Positions 17,985 to 23,038 of a stretch of 44,770 bases of DNA are shown piece after piece (positions within the stretch are counted from its first letter, which is position 1; each line of letters starts with the position of its first letter). A model generated the notes under the pieces. The model saw only the letters and a program-made list of their open reading frames with translations, was not told the DNA's origin and did not search any database. The DNA lies in the IMG/VR virus record IMGVR_UViG_3300005611_000055, positions 1-44,770 of that record; one strand, 5' to 3'. The DNA is from a virus. Lineage: Duplodnaviria; Caudoviricetes. Position numbers and translations under genes: made by a program.

Positions 17985-18066
17985 GGCACTTAAGGTGGTG
18001 CCATACCTGACCCTTAATTCGGCGGTTCATTTCCTATGCGGCATCAGAGGTTAACGTGATGCGCAG

Positions 18067-18139
18067 TACCGGTGGTGGGGGTCGAACCCACACTGCAAGG
18101 ATTTTAAGTCCTTTGCCTCTGCCATTGGGCTACACCGGC
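18067..18139 (-). tRNA. tRNA-Leu(UAA) with short variable loop, CCA not encoded
   Basis: GCCGGTG/CACCGGT acceptor, AAGGA-CTTAAAA-TCCTT anticodon arm, 5-nt variable region, GGTTCGACCC T loop; 73 nt. Confidence 0.93.
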
Positions 18140-18142
18140 CAA

Positions 18143-18328
18143 TTAAGGCTCCAACCAAAACGTTGGCTCATCAAACTTAGTGACAATCAACTTTCCATCA
18201 TCATCCAACCACTCCGGCGGAATATCCTGACCCGGATCACGACGATGAAACCCACAATGAACCAACTCAGGCTCATCATCACCATATTGTTCAACAACAC
18301 ACCCACATTTCATTGTTTTTCGTTTCAT
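18143..18328 (-). CDS. Hypothetical protein (Cys-containing)
   Basis: MKRKTMKCGC...HCGFH; GGAGG RBS, TGATG coupling. Confidence 0.6.
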   Translation of the reverse strand: MKRKTMKCGCVVEQYGDDEPELVHCGFHRRDPGQDIPPEWLDDDGKLIVTKFDEPTFWLEP

Positions 18329-18666
18329 CAATCCTCCCAAAAACGGCTACGCCACACCTTGACCGGACGAGCATGACACTCAGGCCGACGACTTTTCACA
18401 TAACGATCAGTCGGAGCCACCCAACCCACCTTGTAAGCAGCACGCATCATCGAACCCAAAGCACGAGGCTCATGCGTAGCAACATCAGGAGTACGACTCA
18501 ACTGCAACCACACATCATCAGTCGTAAACGTCGGATACGCGATAGCTAACTCCTTGATGATCTGCATCGTTATATCCTTCCACTCCTGCAAAGCATGACG
18601 CTCAGCAGCCGCAATCGCATCATCACGAACACGTTCAGCATCAGTTAACGACAACTGTTCCATCAT
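18328..18666 (-). CDS. Conserved phage hypothetical protein
   Basis: FTTDDVW...EPRALG...S.R...H.RP..VW.S motif; AGGAGG RBS. Confidence 0.7.
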   Translation of the reverse strand: MMEQLSLTDAERVRDDAIAAAERHALQEWKDITMQIIKELAIAYPTFTTDDVWLQLSRTPDVATHEPRALGSMMRAAYKVGWVAPTDRYVKSRRPECHARPVKVWRSRFWED

Positions 18667-18672
18667 TCCTCC

Positions 18673-18978
18673 TTAGAACGGTGACAAATACTCGTCATAA
18701 TCAACACCACAGACCACCGAATAATACCCACCCGGCAACACATCAATCACGCGGCAACAACGCCGATACGTCCCCTGATAATGAACACATGTGTCCACCC
18801 AATCGTAAACAAACCATTCATCACGGAACGCAAACCGCAACCGCAACAGCCACACCCATGCTCGTCGCTTCAAGTTATACAACCAATCAGCAAGATCAGC
18901 TTTCACAGAAGGCTTCCTTATCAGCAACCTCATCACAATACTCTGATGCGTCCGACTACGCTTACTAAACGTTGTCAT
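18673..18978 (-). CDS. Hypothetical protein
   Basis: MTTFSKRS... with AAGGAG RBS. Confidence 0.5.
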   Translation of the reverse strand: MTTFSKRSRTHQSIVMRLLIRKPSVKADLADWLYNLKRRAWVWLLRLRFAFRDEWFVYDWVDTCVHYQGTYRRCCRVIDVLPGGYYSVVCGVDYDEYLSPF

Positions 18979-19135
18979 GCTGACGACTCCTTTCTTGCGC
19001 AGAATCATAACAAGTACGAGCAATTTCTAAACTATTCACAAACTTGTGAACGTTCGGAATGTGAAGCGTCCCACTGGCACCTTCCACATTCCACAACAAA
19101 TCAGCAGAATTATCAGACTTGAACAAAAACAACAT
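18965..19135 (-). CDS. Hypothetical protein, 56 aa
   Basis: Translated by hand: MLFLFKSDNSADLLWNVEGASGTLHIPNVHKF...; AGGAGG RBS. Confidence 0.5.
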   Translation of the reverse strand: MLFLFKSDNSADLLWNVEGASGTLHIPNVHKFVNSLEIARTCYDSAQERSRQHDNV

Positions 19136-19162
19136 TTCAACCTCCTATTGTGGTGTTTGTGC

Positions 19163-19390
19163 TTACGATTGAATATCAGGATTGTCCCAGTTGGCGCAAA
19201 CAAAATCCCAGAAATCCTCCAACCGATCATCATTGTGATACGGATCAGCAGTTGTGCCAGTAATCGTGTCGTACAACGGACCGTTGAACAACCCGAGAAC
19301 ATTCATTGCGTACTGTCCAAGCCGTTGCGTCGGATGAACATCCGGATACATCTTGTATATAATTGTCAGAAACCGCTGTAAAGTAATCAA
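19163..19390 (-). CDS. Hypothetical protein
   Basis: TTG start with AAGGAG RBS; QRLGQ...DPYH.D motif. Confidence 0.65.
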   Translation of the reverse strand: MITLQRFLTIIYKMYPDVHPTQRLGQYAMNVLGLFNGPLYDTITGTTADPYHNDDRLEDFWDFVCANWDNPDIQS

Positions 19391-19414
19391 TGTAATCTCC
19401 TTTGCTAAATCAAC

Positions 19415-19468
19415 CCAACAGATTATGTGCCTGACGGCAAGGGTCGGGTGCCGCCAACATATTATGTG
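19415..19468. repeat. 15-bp direct repeat CCAACA(G/T)ATTATGTG, two copies (operator or promoter candidate)
   Basis: Copies at 19415-19429 and 19454-19468; each reads CATAAT on the - strand. Confidence 0.6.
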
Positions 19469-19761
19469 ATAGTGAACCCGCGAAGCACCGCCCCTAACGC
19501 TCTCACTTTTTCTGGCACGCGGAGCCTATTCTGGCTCGCCGGTAGCGGTTTCACCCGTCGCCGGTAGTCCCTACGGCACGGCGCATGTTGACCCGTCGCG
19601 AGCGGTTGGCTGGTTGCCGGTTACCTCACTCGTCAGGTCTACATCCGCCGAGCTTGCGAGGCGGGCTGCGTGCCTAGCGCATGCCGCGAAGCGGCGCACG
19701 CGAAGCGTGCCAGAAGGACGGGGAGCACGAAGTGCGACTCGTCCGGGAAATTTTTTTTGGG

Positions 19762-19770
19762 TTATCCACA
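19762..19770 (+). promoter_or_regulatory. Perfect DnaA box TTATCCACA
   Basis: Exact consensus, in non-coding DNA next to an A3T8 tract and between hairpins; only a single copy. Confidence 0.5.
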
Positions 19771-19837
19771 GGCCGCTCGCCCAAGTGCTCCCGGCTGGGT
19801 TTCGTCGGGAGCACCTGGGCGTAGGGCCGTGCGGATG

Positions 19838-20620
19838 TCAGCCGGTCGGTTGGAAGGTGGGCCGGTCGTCCTCGATCTCGAACCCGTCAGGCTCGGTCGC
19901 TGGGCGCATCGCCCGGGTCACGTCCTCCACCGCTCGGGTGAGTGCGTCCCGGTCGGCTTCGGCCTCGTCAATGCTGGCGTAGGCTCGGACGATGCCGACG
20001 ACCTCGCATCCGGGGAGCCACTCGGTGCCCTCGGGTCCGTCGATCGGCTTCGGGTAGATCAACCCGTTCGGGGTGCCGTATTCGATGACGATCTTGTCGC
20101 CGACCATCTTTGCGTCCTGCTCCTTGTGGAGCACCTGCGGTCGGACCATCACCGCCACGGCGACCGGCTGGGTGCGTTCCCCGGCGACCATCGGCCACCG
20201 GTGCTCGGGCAACGCCCGGGCGACAATCCCGGTGGGCGTGATTTCGGCGAACCCGATCACGGGGCACCACTCGGGGTCGGATTCGAGGCCCGACCAGTTC
20301 TGCGCCCGGTGGGCCTTGTCCGGGTCGGTGTTGATCGTGACCAGCCCGAGTCCGGTTGTGCCCTTGTTGAACATGGCCCGGATCATCCGCTCGGCTTCGT
20401 GCTCGGGCTTGCGGGTGAGGCGTGCTCCGGCTGACTGGGCGGCGTGCTCGATTGTCGCAGCGAGCGTGGGCAGGTCGGTCAGGACCTGAGCAGGCTCAGT
20501 CCCGGCGACGAACTTGGCGAGCACCGGCCACGCTTGCTCGGCCATCTCGACGGAGCGGCGGTCGATGTCGGACAGTTGGTAGCCCGGGTGCGTGCGCCCG
20601 GTGTCTTGGATGTTGGTCAT
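19838..20620 (-). CDS. Hypothetical protein, 260 aa, high-GC codon usage
   Basis: ATG 20620 with AAGGA RBS; strong G/C at third codon positions. Confidence 0.75.
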   Translation of the reverse strand: MTNIQDTGRTHPGYQLSDIDRRSVEMAEQAWPVLAKFVAGTEPAQVLTDLPTLAATIEHAAQSAGARLTRKPEHEAERMIRAMFNKGTTGLGLVTINTDPDKAHRAQNWSGLESDPEWCPVIGFAEITPTGIVARALPEHRWPMVAGERTQPVAVAVMVRPQVLHKEQDAKMVGDKIVIEYGTPNGLIYPKPIDGPEGTEWLPGCEVVGIVRAYASIDEAEADRDALTRAVEDVTRAMRPATEPDGFEIEDDRPTFQPTG

Positions 20621-20823
20621 TGTGGTGTTGTCCTTCCGTAGTAGACCCGGAGAACCCGGGTGCTGGTTGTCATTTGCGCACCACCGGGGAGGCGGTGCGT
20701 CGTCACCCGGACAGTCCACTCGGTGTGAACCGGTTCCGGGATGGCGATCTCGATCTCGATCTCCGGCTCCAACTCGGGGAGCCATCGGGCGAGCATGTCT
20801 GGGTCAGTGGGTGTTTCTCTCAT
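20617..20823 (-). CDS. Hypothetical protein
   Basis: GAAAGGA RBS; ATGA-coupled to the next gene. Confidence 0.6.
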   Translation of the reverse strand: MRETPTDPDMLARWLPELEPEIEIEIAIPEPVHTEWTVRVTTHRLPGGAQMTTSTRVLRVYYGRTTPQ

Positions 20824-21025
20824 GTCGTCATCCTTTCACGAAATGCGCAATTTCGCCAACATGTGTTGGTGATGGTGGCCCATCGCTGGTGACGATGGGC
20901 GGCTCCGCCCGGACCACCCAATTCGAGCAGTCCGGGCGAAGCCCGGAGCACAGGTTACGGCGGCACCGTGCGCCCGGATCGTGGCCCGATCCGGCGACGG
21001 CACGCGCGGCCCTTCCCCTCAGAGC

Positions 21026-21205
21026 CTAACCATCGACGTGGTAGAACTCATAGCAATCTAGACACATCCCAAGATGCGACTGGGTTACAGCATCGTCGTC
21101 GCAGAACTCGCAACGGTCAGCAGAATCCCGATGTCGCTGAATGTTCGCAGTCAACCCACAAACACCCAACAACACCAAGAAGTAGATCGCAACTCCCAAC
21201 ATCAT
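21026..21205 (-). CDS. 59-aa membrane-anchored Zn-finger protein
   Basis: Translated by hand: MMLGVAIYFLVLLGVCGL...CEFC...CLDC; ATGA coupling. Confidence 0.55.
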   Translation of the reverse strand: MMLGVAIYFLVLLGVCGLTANIQRHRDSADRCEFCDDDAVTQSHLGMCLDCYEFYHVDG

Positions 21206-21531
21206 GCTTCCTCTCGCTCAGAATCATCGCCAAGCCACTCCATCGACTCTTTGTCACGAATGGCCTGATCAATACATTGATCACAAAGCACGTTCGCGGG
21301 ATCGGAAACCTCCATTCCGCACTGGTCACAACCACCGATCCATTGGTGAACCGTGACATTGTGCTGTAACAGTTTGGTGAACGCCGGGTAACTGTAATGA
21401 CGTTCCCAGTCATCGCAATCCGGGAACGGCGAGGTTCCCTCAATCTTGACCGAACGGAGAAGCAACGTGATCTTGACTACGTGCGTTCCACCGGGAACAA
21501 CAAACTCGCTGATATGTCTTTCGTGATTCAT
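21202..21531 (-). CDS. Hypothetical protein with C-terminal Zn finger
   Basis: ATG 21531 with GAAAGG RBS; CDQC-x11-CDQC. Confidence 0.6.
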   Translation of the reverse strand: MNHERHISEFVVPGGTHVVKITLLLRSVKIEGTSPFPDCDDWERHYSYPAFTKLLQHNVTVHQWIGGCDQCGMEVSDPANVLCDQCIDQAIRDKESMEWLGDDSEREEA

Positions 21532-21592
21532 AACTAACCTTTCTGTCGCTAGAAGCGAATGTACCCGTCGCACACTCGCATGGCGAAGGTGA

Positions 21593-21775
21593 GTAGTTGC
21601 GTTGGTCAAGCCCTGAAACCGCGAAGCGGCGGCTAGTCCGCCATGAGGACGAGCACTATTTGTTGTAGATGTTCGGCGGGAATCCCGGAACGGGATTGCC
21701 AACAGCCGAACACTAGAAGAAATCGGGCGAGGACGAATGTGTGCGGCGGACTGCCGGGGCTTGAGTAGCAACTAC
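21593..21775 (+). other. 183-nt rod-like secondary structure (ssDNA or ncRNA)
   Basis: Nested stems GTAGTTGC/GCAACTAC, TCAAGCCCTG/CGGGGCTTGA, AGTCCGCC/GGCGGACT, TGTTCGGC/GCCGAACA, AATCCCG/CGGGATT. Confidence 0.7.
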
Positions 21776-22637
21776 GATCCGGAGACATGTGTGTGTGCTC
21801 ACAGCAAGGTCTGAAGTCGGACGTCGAAGCGTGCGCACGCCTGCGTGCGTAGCGAAGACACCGACCCGAAGACCACCGCTCGACTGGACGGTCCCGAAAT
21901 GAGCGCAGCGAATGAGGAAAGACCGACCCAGAACTACAACAGCCAAGCGAGCAGACGACTATTGGCCGCTCAGGGAGCGGACAAAGGAGACTGCGACCCA
22001 CAACCACCCGCAACGGAACCACGAAGCACAACACGCCAGCAAGCAAGACAGGGGTGCGGGGGCTGTCCAAGCCCCTGCGGTCTGCGGCCCACGCACACCA
22101 CACACAAACACACAAACCAAACCAACAACCACCAACCCCCCGAAACCATTACGAAACAACACACCCACCACAACAAACATCACACATGGTGGATGTGTGC
22201 CGTGTGGGGGGCTGGTCAACGGGTGGGAATGGTGTGTTCGTCGTGGAGAGTTGCCATGTCGGGTCGGTTACGGGACTGAACTTGTAGGCCGATGTGCCAC
22301 GTGGGGGTCTTACATATATGTCGTCAGGGTTGTTTTTGGGGGTTTGTGCAGACGGTTGGTGGCTGGCAGGGGGTTTACATGTAGGCTTTTGTCCACCCAT
22401 CCGGTTGCCGCTGTCGGATTCCCGGCCTTTGTTTATGGAGCTGGCTCGGCTCGTTGTTTTGTTTGTCGCCCTCGCGGGTTCGTGCCTCTGTTCTTACTGG
22501 CAGGCTGAGAGTTCGTTATGGGATCGTCAGACTGGCATGACAGATCGACCACGTTCCCGTGGGTTGCGGCCCGCACCGTGCAACTGGTGTACGCCCTGAA
22601 CGACCTGCTTGGGTCGGTAGTTCTCATGGTAACATAT

Positions 22638-22665
22638 TTGACAGGTGTACCGGACCGGTTAAGGT
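22638..22665 (+). promoter_or_regulatory. Sigma70-type promoter for the late arm
   Basis: TTGACA-16 nt-TAAGGT, about 40 nt upstream of the first late gene. Confidence 0.55.
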
Positions 22666-22707
22666 ATGCTTGTTACCGATTGATGATCATCTGTATTGGA
22701 GATAACG

Positions 22708-23025
22708 ATGGCTGCTGATAAAACGGTGGTGTTTGCGGGTCACGCAGCACTCACGTCAAACACCGAGTACACTATGAATTTGACGGGCGCAGGCCGTTAC
22801 GTTGATATTGTGGCTCATACCACTGGGGCAAACGACGACATTTATTTTGATGTGGCTTCGTCCGAAGCTGGTCTGTCAACAATCACGGTGCTAGGCGACG
22901 AAATGCAAGTTATTCATGCCAGCGAACGAATCCGCATCCCCGTCCCCAAAAACACGTGGATCAGGTTCAAATCGTCGCACTCAGGCCAAACCGTGTCTGT
23001 CGTTAAGGTCAACACCCTTTTCTAA
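22708..23025 (+). CDS. Hypothetical beta-rich (probably virion) protein
   Basis: GGAG RBS; first gene of the late arm. Confidence 0.65.
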   Translation: MAADKTVVFAGHAALTSNTEYTMNLTGAGRYVDIVAHTTGANDDIYFDVASSEAGLSTITVLGDEMQVIHASERIRIPVPKNTWIRFKSSHSGQTVSVVKVNTLF

Positions 23026-23038
23026 AAAAACTTTTTTC

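Noticed and set aside
17985-18066. Hammerhead, HDV-like (theta) or pistol ribozyme in the tRNA-Leu trailer
   Set aside because: CTGATG...GAAA lacks the CUGANGA core and stem II; there is too little room for HDV P2/P3; the pistol linker and core residues do not match.
17832-18139. tRNAs as attP of a temperate phage
   Set aside because: No integrase was found and there is no duplicated tRNA 3' end.
19614-20892. + strand ORFs (19670-20434, 20073-20489, 20422-20892)
   Set aside because: Shadow frames of the high-GC - strand genes, which have the RBS, coupling and codon bias.
22389-22397. Second DnaA box TTGTCCACC
   Set aside because: One mismatch to the actinobacterial consensus and isolated; expected by chance.
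21633-22718. The many overlapping ORFs of 60-198 aa in the ORF track
   Set aside because: No RBS, low-complexity translations driven by AC/GT skew and hairpins; the region is best read as non-coding.
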